From assembly GCA_040437565.1 (NCBI GenBank), contig JBDOQK010000032.1, forward strand, positions 186,001-250,000: a stretch of 64,000 nt of DNA. Reading direction: 5' to 3'. The stretch is from Albugo candida (lineage: Eukaryota). This document shows, one piece after another, positions 25,213 through 35,999 of this stretch (position 1 is its first letter; every line of letters starts with the position of its first letter). A program made the position numbers and the translations under genes. Below the pieces are notes generated by a model. It saw only the letters and a list, made by a program, of their open reading frames with translations. It did not search any database and was not told where the DNA came from.

Positions 25213-25908
25213 ATGGAACAGAACAATCTCGCGTTGAGGCAACCGATACAAGCTCATACTGTGCGGAAATCGTCGGCAAGTATTTTGGATAGTTTTGACT
25301 GTGAGCCTAGCGGGTCATCTAAATCAAGAATGAACGATCAGAACCAGTATGAATCATACCCAGACAATAGGATGCTCAAGTCTTCATCACGTATGTCTCT
25401 GGATTCCAAGCCGGACTCGACCGTTTACACGCATGACTTTAAAACCAATGTACCTATCACTTCTTCTAAAAGAGATCAAAATTGGGAGAGAAAAAGGCGG
25501 TTGTGGCTTTCGAGGGCTCGATCCGCGCAAAAAGACCTATCTATTGTAGGAGAACCCTCAAAATCAAGCCAGGAAGATTATCGACTCGCTAGTCAACGCG
25601 AATACAGAAGACGAGAAACGCAGGAAATTATGTCACCATTATCAAAATTGATGAATGACCATAACGAGCGCTATGAACCAACAACGTGTCATCATCAAAC
25701 CATGCATCAGCAGCATTCCACACGAAGCCATACTGACAATCAAGATCAAATCTCTTTACACCACGTGCCAGACCAAGTTAAGTGCATATCCCACAACCAC
25801 ATGCTTCAAGAAGTGGCTACTCCAAAAGTGGCATGCGTAGGAACACGAGCAGCTTCCCGGCAACCTCCTGGTGGCCATTCGAATTGGAATCCATTTTGCT
25901 CGAATTGA
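25213..25908 (+). CDS. Hypothetical disordered protein with a C-terminal QPPGG motif
   Basis: 231-aa ORF, S/Q/H-rich, ending in RQPPGGHSNWNPFCSN. Confidence 0.65.
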   Translation: MEQNNLALRQPIQAHTVRKSSASILDSFDCEPSGSSKSRMNDQNQYESYPDNRMLKSSSRMSLDSKPDSTVYTHDFKTNVPITSSKRDQNWERKRRLWLSRARSAQKDLSIVGEPSKSSQEDYRLASQREYRRRETQEIMSPLSKLMNDHNERYEPTTCHHQTMHQQHSTRSHTDNQDQISLHHVPDQVKCISHNHMLQEVATPKVACVGTRAASRQPPGGHSNWNPFCSN

Positions 25909-27396
25909 GACCCCTTATGTACAATTTCCACGTAATTTACTTCAATTTATCTTCATAGTGCACACTGAAACCGATTGCTCGAATGCTCAAAGCTTTTCAT
26001 TTGATGTTATTGTCGAATTCACACCGGCCTGCCCTTAAATTGAAACGGTGCTGAACATAAATAATAATCGCGCAGCATACTATGCCACTATCTATCATTG
26101 CTTCAGGTCCAGATCTAAATACATCGACAGGGATAGATCTAGGGTAATATCATATTGCCAGACGTATTTGTCATCCAATCCTTGTTGCTGAGATTTAGTA
26201 ATGCCGCCAAGTTTCCAACAATGATGGCTGCATGTATCTCCCTCAAAACTTGAGCGAGAGTTCTTCTCAGTCGAGATTGCATGACGTGATAATTTGGAAT
26301 CTGAATTTGATCTCGCCCATTCCAACGAGACTTCCGATGAGAAGATCCGATGCATGAATTCATTTGCTTCCAGACACACTTTTGAACGCTTCATTCCTTC
26401 CTGCACCCAAATGCCATTCGATGAACACTTTGCACTTTTTGCACAAATTGACTCCAAAGTAACTAGATCACGATACGCGCGAGAGCGCTTCATATCGAAA
26501 GTAATACTCACAAATGATATATTCGGCCTATCTGAAGCTTTAAAGCCTGAATCGATACTACTTTGTAATACTATTGCGAAGGTAAAATGACTTTGGCTGT
26601 CAAAATGCCTTGGATGTTATATGAAAGCCTCGTGATCATTTGGTGGGCCATCCGGTGCACTATTTGTGCGAATTATGTAGCTCAACTTGCGCATGCGTAG
26701 CTCTACTGACTACATCAAGAAAGTGCATTTTATATGATGTGAGAAACGATTTTGGTCTCTCTGGCAATATGCCGCATGGCTATTTTGACCTCTATAACGT
26801 GATATCACAGTACTGCAGAGAACATCATAAACATCCATTCCTGCGTTGATCACCTCCAGAACATAATGGCAGAAAGGCAACTTTCAGTTGAAGTCCAACT
26901 TGAATTTGCCAAATGAACGTTATCGATTAGGTAACTGCAAGTCAGTGTCTCTCAAATTGAATGAAGGCGGCCCTTTCGCAGAATATCTGATGGACTGCTA
27001 ATCAAAACCTTAAATGGAGCGCTCGTGAGGTAGGGTAAATTAAGCAAAAAATCATCTGGAGTACAGTACAGCCTCCGGACCGGGTCAACGCTACTGCTGT
27101 TAGATTGTTGGCATCATTGATGAGACCACCGATCCGTCTGAATGTTACGCACGTGGTCATGATATATGGACATGCAGACCACCAGCTATAAATAAAGCAA
27201 ACTGATACAGAAAACGCAAGAAGCGTGTACCATTCGAATCAGCATCATTATAATCTACTTGACGAAAATAAATTAGGGATTGCGGAAGAAAGCAATAGGT
27301 TGCTACCAAATTCTGGAACTTTCAAGTTAAAACAGTCAAATCGTCGCTTCCGAAAAGGGTATATCCTTCGGCTGATTTTACTGAAGTCGGTTCGAT

Positions 27397-27918
27397 TTAA
27401 CAATCCAACATTGATAGGACGCCCAACTTTTCATTCTGTCTCGCGAGAGTACGAGCATTTTCGCCTTGTTTTGTGACTGAATGTGAATTCACCCGTGCCT
27501 TTATTAATATCTCGACCACTCCTTCGGATCCATTGTACGCACCACAGTGTAATGCTGACCATCCTTTATAATCTCGCGCCTCGGGATCCGCGTGATGTTC
27601 TAGTAGTACTTGAACAATCTCCTTAGCACCTCGTAAACACGCAAAATGCAAAGGGGTTCGCTTAAATAAACGATTTTCTACAGCATTCGTATTCGCTCCA
27701 AGCTTTATCAAAAACTTTACAACCTCTAGCTTTTCGTAATCACAAGCCCAGTGCAAAGGAGTCAACCCATACTTATCTCGCTCATCTAAGTTTCCTTTGT
27801 TTTCAACCAAAATGCGCTTCAATTCCTCCATGTTTCCTTCTCTTACTGCATCATGTAAGGGACTTGCATCCCACACTGTGTGCAGATCATCTAGCCCTCC
27901 GTGTGCTGGGCACTTCAT
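27397..27918 (-). CDS. Small ankyrin-repeat protein
   Basis: Four to five ankyrin repeats: SPLHDAV, GLTPLHWAC, RTPLHFAC, GWSALHCGA. Confidence 0.92.
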   Translation of the reverse strand: MKCPAHGGLDDLHTVWDASPLHDAVREGNMEELKRILVENKGNLDERDKYGLTPLHWACDYEKLEVVKFLIKLGANTNAVENRLFKRTPLHFACLRGAKEIVQVLLEHHADPEARDYKGWSALHCGAYNGSEGVVEILIKARVNSHSVTKQGENARTLARQNEKLGVLSMLDC

Positions 27919-28065
27919 AGATTAGCGTGCCGATCAAGGGCCCTCACTTGATGTGTACAACGCTATCAATAACACGACGGATAGAATGGATCGCTTTTCT
28001 TTGCTTCATACTTGCTTACGATAACGCTGTGAAGAGTCAGTGCCGAATCGCCGCAAAAATTGGCA

Positions 28066-29294
28066 ATGAGGAAGGTTGAGACGATGAAAATGCAAGTACA
28101 ATCACCTTGCATCGAGAGTACTGACGGAAAGGAGGAATATGGACCGCCAATTTTGGGCTGCTTAAACTCTGATAAAGACATCAGCCTGACGTCGGATATG
28201 GGTGACACGACTATCATGAGCGAGATGATGAGGGAAGGAAGTTTAGCTCTTGCAAGGAGTAGAGAAAAGATTGAACATAAACGCCAGCAGGAAAGTAAAT
28301 GCTGCTTTGGAGAGGGATTGCAAAAAGGATTCTTATCCTCAATAGGAAGCAAAACGTCGAAAAATTATACGCACACAGTAACCAAACGAGAGTCACTGGT
28401 AGACTCGACATTCACGGAACAGGCGAAATCTCTTGTCGTGGAATCGTCACCAAGGCTGAATAAACAGAAGCCGTCTGTGAAGAGCGATGCTCTTGTCTTT
28501 CCGGAAGTACAGAAGGTGATGAACGATCTAACCAACACCAAAAGCGATGGTAAGTGGTGGAACGCAATTTGTGTCATTACCTAAACTTTTCTGGCCTATA
28601 GAATGGTCGAACGCTACAATGATGCAGAGACTCGCATCAGAACCGGAGCTTTGCCAAGGTATATATCGTGTGCGTATTTTGCGAGTATAAAATTATGATG
28701 TCTTCGCGCAGCTTTCCAAGATAGAGAATTTATGGCAGCAGTTACGGAACTTCAACATAATCCAAAGAGCATTGAGAAATATCAGGCATGGATTGCTAGC
28801 CCTTACATTATTGTTGATGAAGTCGCTAGTTTGAACTTTTCCACAGAATGACCCGAAGCTACGAGGTATGCTACAAAAGTTCATTGCATTTTTGGGAGAT
28901 TATTTCGAGCAGGTTCATTTGATTCGTATTCAAGCCTAACCTGCTGATCAATGCTCACCAGGTTGCCGAGGAGATGAAAATGAAAACACTTGCCGGATCA
29001 TCAGAAGAGAGCACTCAGCCAATGGCCTCAAAAAATATCTGTAAAGTTGTTGATTTGGACGAAGCACGCCGAGACGCAATCCGAAATATGCCTCATGAAC
29101 CTGAGGAAGAAGCCCAAATTCAGAGCATCCTGAATAATCAACAGTTGATAAATGCTCTAGCTGATGAAAAGTTCATGCAGGCTCTTCGGTCTTGTGAGCA
29201 GTCATCCAGCGACCTGCGAGCCCTTGCTCAGGATGCTGATTTTGGGCCTAAACTGCGCTTATTGCTAGATAATAAGATGATACAATTGCAATAG
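28066..29294 (+). CDS. STI1/DP-repeat (Hop/Hip-like) domain protein
   Basis: Exons 28066-28549, 28602-28658, 28712-28785, 28847-28912, 28962-29294. Spliced product contains AFQDREFMAAVTELQHNPKSIEKYQNDPKL and a second unit LADEKFMQAL...LAQDADFGPKLRLLL. Confidence 0.75.
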
Positions 29295-29338
29295 TGCGTC
29301 AATGTCATATAAGAAATTGAGTAAATAACATAAATAAT

Positions 29339-29905
29339 ATGAGCAAGCGTGTGGATGCTGAGACGGCAAAGTATCGCGTACTGCAAGAAGGTTTAGTGAT
29401 TTCGCAGGCTGTAGAAGACCAATTCCTATATTGAATCTATTTTCTAGAGCTCCAAGTACTTGTCACTCAGCAACAAAAGTATACACAACAAGCCAATGAG
29501 AATAGCATGGTAAAACAAGAGCTCGACTTGGTTCACGACGAAACCAAAGTATACAAGATGGTGGGTCCAGTGCTGCTGAAGCAGGACCTAGAAGAAGCGA
29601 AAACGAATGTGAAGAAGAGAATCGAGTTCATCAACCATGAATTGTACTCAAACTTCATGAAATGCCATCTCATACCATGCCTTATCTCATTATTATTGCA
29701 GAGAGAAAGTTCAAAAGAAGATTGAGGAAAAAGAAACTGAAGCTATCCGAGTACGAAAAGAGGTGACATTTTGGAGCTTTTATGAAAACAAGCAGCCGAC
29801 TGAAATTGACGTAATCTTGAATCTTGAACATAGATCGCCACCATACAAATGGAGATGCAGAAGCAAGCGGCAGAGGCGTCGAGAAATGCTATTGCTGCAA
29901 ATTAA
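29339..29905 (+). CDS. PFDN6: Prefoldin subunit 6 (beta-type)
   Basis: Exons 29339-29390, 29448-29643, 29702-29762, 29834-29905. Motif QANENSMVKQELD...VYKMVGPVLLKQDLEEAKTNVKKRIEFI. Confidence 0.92.
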
Positions 29906-29974
29906 GACGAGGAATATCTCATCTCACAAAATTTGAAAGGATTGTTACGTTGGTGCACAAAGTAGCGCATTCTA

Positions 29975-31903
29975 TCAATCTAATGCCGCGAATCTGTGCC
30001 GGCGAGCACCAAGCAAATCGCTTCGTACGACAGCGTGAACTTCAGCCAAAGTTGTTCTCGCTATTGGTGTTGCATGGAGGGTTGCACGACCAGCCTCGTG
30101 AATACGAACAAGAACATAATCGCCTTGAACAGCCCGGACTCCATTTGCTCCGAGCGGTGTGTCTACTGGGGAAAGCGTATCAGGATGATACAAGTCTTGG
30201 CGACCGGGAAGGCCACCACACTTGACGCTTTTGAGTTGCGAGTGTTGCTGCAGTGATGTTGGCATCATTACATCGGGGAACACGCAGCGTTTGTTGGTGT
30301 CCGTTAAGCCGGTCAGCTTTGGATTCTGATCGGTTGACCTGCGACTGGCTCCTTGTACCAATACAACGTGTAGACGATCGCTGTCTTCTATCAGGTTCTT
30401 CTTAGTCACGATCGAGCTAAATTCATCGATGATTTCTTGCAAACGCCGAAGCTTTATTTCTTGAGGTACATTATCCTCCATGTGATAGGCGGCATGAGTT
30501 TTCGCGCGTAAAGAGTAGGCAAACATAAATGCTTGGTCGAAGCAAACACGGCGCATGAGTGAGAGTGTGTCGAGATGTTCTTCTTCCGTTTCACCACAAA
30601 ATCCTGTGATGAAGTCGGATGAGATTGCGACGCCCGGAATACGAGCCCGCATATTCTCCGCTAGTGCCAAGTATGCTTCTCGTGTGTACCCACGACGCAT
30701 GCGTTCTAACACGGACGTGCTTCCACTTTGTGCGGGCATGTGTACACTATTACAGATATTGTGTCGCTCTTGAATCAAGTTCAAAACATCATCTGGGAAA
30801 TCCTTGGGATGGGGTGAAGTGAATCGTATGCGCATCTCGCTGTCCACCTGCGACACACGATCTAAAACATCGACGAAACGAAAACCTGTAGTATTCCGAG
30901 CTTTAAACATGTTATTGAACCCATCTGCACTCACATATGCGCGGCCTTTTTCTTGTGCAAGTTGGGATTGTTTATCATGATAGCTATTCACATTTTGCCC
31001 CAGTAGCATAATTTCCTTCACACCTTGGTCGCGAAGACTCTTTACTTCTGAGATGATTGAATCGAGTTCACAACTTCGTTCCCGGCCTCTTGTGAAGGGT
31101 ACAATGCAGTATGAGCACATATTGTTGCATCCCCGCATTATCGACACGAACGCGGATGGATTCGATGGATCAGATCGCACGGGTGCAATCCCAGCATATG
31201 TTTCATCTAATGATAGTTGCACATTAACCGCTGATTGCCCTCCCCGAACAACTTGCAACAGATTGGGAAGATCGCGGTAAGCATCAGGACCAACGACAAG
31301 GTCCACCATCTTATTACACTGGAGCAATTTGGTCTTCAAACGTTCTGCCATGCAACCCAATACACCTATAGTTGGCAAGTATTTTCTTGTTGATTTATGA
31401 CGCAATAATTTGACTTTTATCTGCCTCCATTGTTCTAACCGATTCCAAATTTTCGATTCTGCGTTTTCTCGAATGGCACATGTATTGAGTAGAATAACAT
31501 CAGCGTTTTCTGGTGATTTTGCAAACTCATAGCCATTCTTGACTAAAATGGAATGCACAATTTCCGAGTCAGCCGTGTTCATTTGGCAACCATAAGTTTC
31601 AATATAGAACTTTTTAACTAGCGGGTATTCCACATCTTCTTCCATGTCAGCAAGATTTGATGGGAAGTTCATTTGGCTTGTCTCATTGATACTGGATTCG
31701 TAAGGATGATTGATAGGATGTGCCGAAAGATGGCTTCTGACGATAAAATCCTGAAGTGTTTTACCGTCAGCCACGATGCGCGACGAGATGTATTTCTTAC
31801 TTTTTGCTTTAGTCGTTATTAAAACTTGCTGAGACCGAAACAAATTGAACGAAGGTCTGCAAATTGCTTGGCTATGCGGCCATAGGCGCTGCAGCATTTT
31901 CAT
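29975..31903 (-). CDS. CDK5RAP1: Mitochondrial tRNA methylthiotransferase (MiaB / CDK5RAP1)
   Basis: UPF0004 domain (YIETYGCQMN, NTCAIRE, GCMAER), radical SAM CxxxCxxC (CNNMCSYC), TRAM-like C-terminus and a transit-peptide-like N-terminus. Confidence 0.95.
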   Translation of the reverse strand: MKMLQRLWPHSQAICRPSFNLFRSQQVLITTKAKSKKYISSRIVADGKTLQDFIVRSHLSAHPINHPYESSINETSQMNFPSNLADMEEDVEYPLVKKFYIETYGCQMNTADSEIVHSILVKNGYEFAKSPENADVILLNTCAIRENAESKIWNRLEQWRQIKVKLLRHKSTRKYLPTIGVLGCMAERLKTKLLQCNKMVDLVVGPDAYRDLPNLLQVVRGGQSAVNVQLSLDETYAGIAPVRSDPSNPSAFVSIMRGCNNMCSYCIVPFTRGRERSCELDSIISEVKSLRDQGVKEIMLLGQNVNSYHDKQSQLAQEKGRAYVSADGFNNMFKARNTTGFRFVDVLDRVSQVDSEMRIRFTSPHPKDFPDDVLNLIQERHNICNSVHMPAQSGSTSVLERMRRGYTREAYLALAENMRARIPGVAISSDFITGFCGETEEEHLDTLSLMRRVCFDQAFMFAYSLRAKTHAAYHMEDNVPQEIKLRRLQEIIDEFSSIVTKKNLIEDSDRLHVVLVQGASRRSTDQNPKLTGLTDTNKRCVFPDVMMPTSLQQHSQLKSVKCGGLPGRQDLYHPDTLSPVDTPLGANGVRAVQGDYVLVRIHEAGRATLHATPIARTTLAEVHAVVRSDLLGARRHRFAALD

Positions 31904-34900
31904 TAGCTTACTTGGGTGTTAAGTCAACTAGATATCATCGGTTAATTACTACCTACCCATCGTTGGTGATAAGTAAAGTAAGAAAAACAACCAGCAGATT
32001 TAACGCATAGCGTTTTTTGCAGCAATTTCTTGAAGAGAATGTTTTGCTGATATGAGATTAAAATGCATTGCCCTTTAATGAATATAAGCATGACAGCTGC
32101 AATTATGAAATTCTCTTATCTTAAAGTGATTGATGACATTGTCATTTCGCTTGTGTAGACGTTACCATTTAAAGTAATTTGTTGCGCCAGAGCCTTCCCC
32201 AATGCTCAACAAGGTGGAATCAGCTGACTTCTAGGAAGATATGTATCGATCTCACAAAGTTATGTCACTTAATCTCTCCTGGAAAACTATCTCCTGAGCG
32301 GTTTACTTCTAGATATATATACAAAATCTCATCAACTCGTGCAGCAAAAAGGTAGGACAAGCAGTCTAGCACGAGATTCATTCTCTTTACATTTTCTTTT
32401 TTGTGGGATTGTCAAAAGCTTTATAATTGCTCAAGGATCAGCAAATGGAGTCACACCTGATTTCTGCTTGAGATATCATGAAATTAGGATAAACTCGAGC
32501 AAAGAGTGTGATGTTTATGGGTCACAAAAAGGACCTTTTTTCTTGCAGTTATGTGGCTACATTCCTTTGCGCAAACGCTAACCAGGTTGTTGTTAGTCAT
32601 CAGAAGTGTAGAGTCGCATGGAGTGAACAAATGACGACATATCTAATCAAATTCTGTATGACTTTGCTCCAACTTATGCTTTACATGCAATTGCATTCAT
32701 AACAATATACGCTTCGAGGATATAAAAGTCGTGTGTCGTTACTATACCCACGTTGTTTGCATGAGTTGAGCCTTCCCTAGTAGTAATCCTAGGACCTCCC
32801 TGTCAATGAGAAACTTCTGATATGTCGACCTTCAAAATCAGATCGAGTTCATACCGAGTCAACGTAATTGTACTGAAAAGCTGTACTGAATGTCAGGGTT
32901 ATAGTTACATGCAGAATGATGGTTGGGATGAGCAATTGAGTACGATCCTGCTCCTCCGCTAAATTGTATATCTAAAAATCATGATCTTATAGAATCGAAT
33001 GAGATCATTACATAAAAATGTACCTCTGTTAGCTTCTTTCAGAATTACGTCATACTTGTACCCTGATTTTGTAAAAAACTACTTAGGGATTAGATGTTCC
33101 ATGCTGTCTTTGATACATTCAATTTATAAATGAACTATATAGCAACTACATGATGCATGTATGGAAGACGCTTCGTAATCTCTCATTCTCTGAAGCATGA
33201 TTTAATATGTTAGTGTGGATGGAAAATTCTGGAAGAAAAGCGGCGAAGTTCTCGGAAGACTTGAGAAGCATATTAAGTTGTGCAAAAGCTCAGAATTATC
33301 ATTTCTAGCATTCATCCAAAAAATTGTGAGCCAAAGAGCCGTATACCAGAATTACGACTTACGCTTACGCGCGTGTGAGACTTCAGCGTCCGTATAAGGC
33401 TACTTATATAGAATCTACATGAGCACATCGACTCAATTTAGACGCTATGCAAGGCCAATCCAACATCAGCAACATGAATTGCTATTGATTTGGAATCTTT
33501 CGCTATCATCACCGAAATGAACAGTCTACATTTTCATTCAATGATTCGGACGGACGGCTACAAGTGTCATTCGAGAGGGAGCTTCTGAGGTATGCTCTCT
33601 TCGACAAAGTACACACAAAGCGATTCAGATGAGTCACGATTATGAAGATTTCAAGATGGCGAAATATGCCACCGTTTTGAGATCTTATCGGCTCTAATAC
33701 GATTCCTCTAGTATGGCTACAACTGGGTGCTTTATGGATCAAGACGAGAAGATGTTTATTCTATATACAGTACCAAGATGATTACGATTCAGCTGTGAAG
33801 AGATTTTGAGTACGTTTCAAGCGAAGTGGCTTTTAAAACAAGCAAAAATCCAGCATTAGCAGCGTGACAAGCACCATCTGCATGATGGAAGATAGCAGAA
33901 ATTTATGCATGTGGCAAGTATTCAAGTCTGGTCGGTTGGCCATAGAAGATCGACAGAATTGGCAGCAGCGTGAACAAAGTATAATCAGTGAAGATACGTA
34001 CTGGAGCGGGAAAGCACACTATCAATTTCTTGACTCAACGATTCTGATCACAGCAGCGAATTACGTGTAAAATGACTAGGTAAAGTGCCAACCAAGTACG
34101 GACATACCCCGGATTTGTGAAACGATAACGTATCACGCAAGAGAATAAGATCTGGATTCTTGGACGCCTAAGTCATTTTCAATTTTTTCAAATAGCTCTG
34201 GGTCCCGATGTTACCATCAGCAGCTCAACTCGATGAAATCTCAGATTGACAGGCAACTTAAGCACATATATCTGATACCAATAGAAGATCTTGAGGGTTG
34301 TAGCAGTACGAGCGAGCTTATGACCCTAATTAGTATAGCATATTCTTATCCCACATTACTTACCATGCAACGATGCCGTCAAGACTACAGCAGCTGATGT
34401 ATGAATAAAAGGAACGGATTTTTGAGTAAACTGCGCAAACATCTCTCATACAGCATACTGTATTAGGCAAGCGCGAGTATAATAATCGTTAAAACGCTAC
34501 TGTCTACGGGACTATTCCCGAACTTTTCGTGACCAGCATAAGTCTTTAATCGTGAAGAAAGTCATTCTCAATATAAGCGAGCGTAAAGTACGAGTATCCT
34601 GCGTTCGACAGCCCTTTTCGGATTGGATATACGAGACGCCAAGCACATGAGTCTGAGTGGAAATATGATCAAAGGACAATTTGCCGTGTCAATTGATATC
34701 CCGACACTCAAGTACGATGATTTTCGGACGGATATTTCGGATTCTCAGGACGACATGGCTTTAGAAAGAAGCGTTCATGGTGAAAGCGGTATAACGAACT
34801 CTGCACAAATACCTGAAAAGCGTGATGCGATACGAGAATGCTTGGAGGATGCCCTTTGCTGATATCTACATCATGGGTGAAACGGTCCTCACCTATTGCC

Positions 34901-35700
34901 TTGATTCTGAAAAGACAATTGCTCGGATACAACTGGCAACGATCATAAAAGTGAAAATATCGAGTCACTATAGCTCCAACGTGCAACGCAAAAAGGATCA
35001 GATAGCGTGAGCCATGTATTACTGGGCACAAATAAGCTTCGCTTTTTCGAAATAACCTGGCGATCAGTAAGAATTTCCATATCGAAACAATGGAATTGCG
35101 GATGATTGGTAGTTTATGTAGCCCCTCCTGAACGAATGGCTACATAAGCTAGACGATGACACGCGGGATTCATATTGCAGCGTGTACTCCTCCGCTTCTA
35201 CTCATCGGCTGATGCGGTTGAAGGCAACCAAAGAGTATGTGTGGTCCCTCCCGCGTCCACTGGCTGCAGACCAGATTGGAGATAGAGCGATATGTATCCT
35301 GCAGATATGTATAGGAATTTGGCGTCATATTTAGATAGGAATAACGGTGTATCTTTCTAACCGAAAATTCCTTCTTATTCTCAAATACAGCCCTGAAGTC
35401 TCCGAGAAACTGGCACGCTACTCGACGAAGAAGTGTGAGCAGATGTTTCTCTCAGCAATTTGAAGACGTTCCGGTTCCACTATATGCCGACCAGGCCTCA
35501 AAATCGAATACGGCTTTACTTCATGATTCAGCTATATAGGTGCTGACATTTCCGCATATTCTGAAAGCTGTGGAGATTTTGAGCAATGGTACTATTGCAA
35601 ATTAACATATTGGGTCTTTGGCAAAAAAAAGCATGGCAATGCACAAAGACTTGGTCAAGTTTTCCAAGTACAAGTTTCTAAGATATTCTGGGAGGGGATT

Positions 35701-35999
35701 TATCTTGCTGCATTTGTGTAAGATGTTGCTCTACATCACAGAACATGAGGGAAAATATGCACTATCAGAAGTCTTGATTACATACCATTTGGATTCTCAA
35801 TATCCAGAATGAGATCGAGCGCGTATTCGTAATAAGGAACGATACCTCTCAATCCGGTCAAGTTGAAATCATCTTCGATCTACTCTTCGTCCACTTCACA
35901 TAAAAAATCGTTTTCTCGAAGGGAGCAAAACCAGGTGATCCAACTTGTCTCTTTCCCACTCTCATCCTCGGCATCTTCTTCACCATCTGAGTACTTGAT
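35701..35999 (-). pseudogene. CSNK2B: Casein kinase II beta subunit pseudogene fragment (repeated artefactually at about 36312-36539)
   Basis: Manual translation gives ...[54 protein letters not shown], matching the CK2-beta N-terminus. TAG at 35882-35880 replaces the conserved Tyr. A GT-AG intron lies at 35785-35731, similarity is lost about 10 codons later, and there is no in-frame ATG upstream. Confidence 0.88.

Noticed and set aside
26095-26590. 138-aa minus-strand ORF and overlapping short ORFs
   Set aside because: No recognisable motif and I could not build a convincing splice model. It may be real but is unsupported.
35880-35882. Stop-codon reassignment or readthrough (TAG read as Tyr)
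   Set aside because: TAG is used as a normal stop in neighbouring genes (e.g. STI1 and Y14), and the fragment also lacks a start and a C-terminus.
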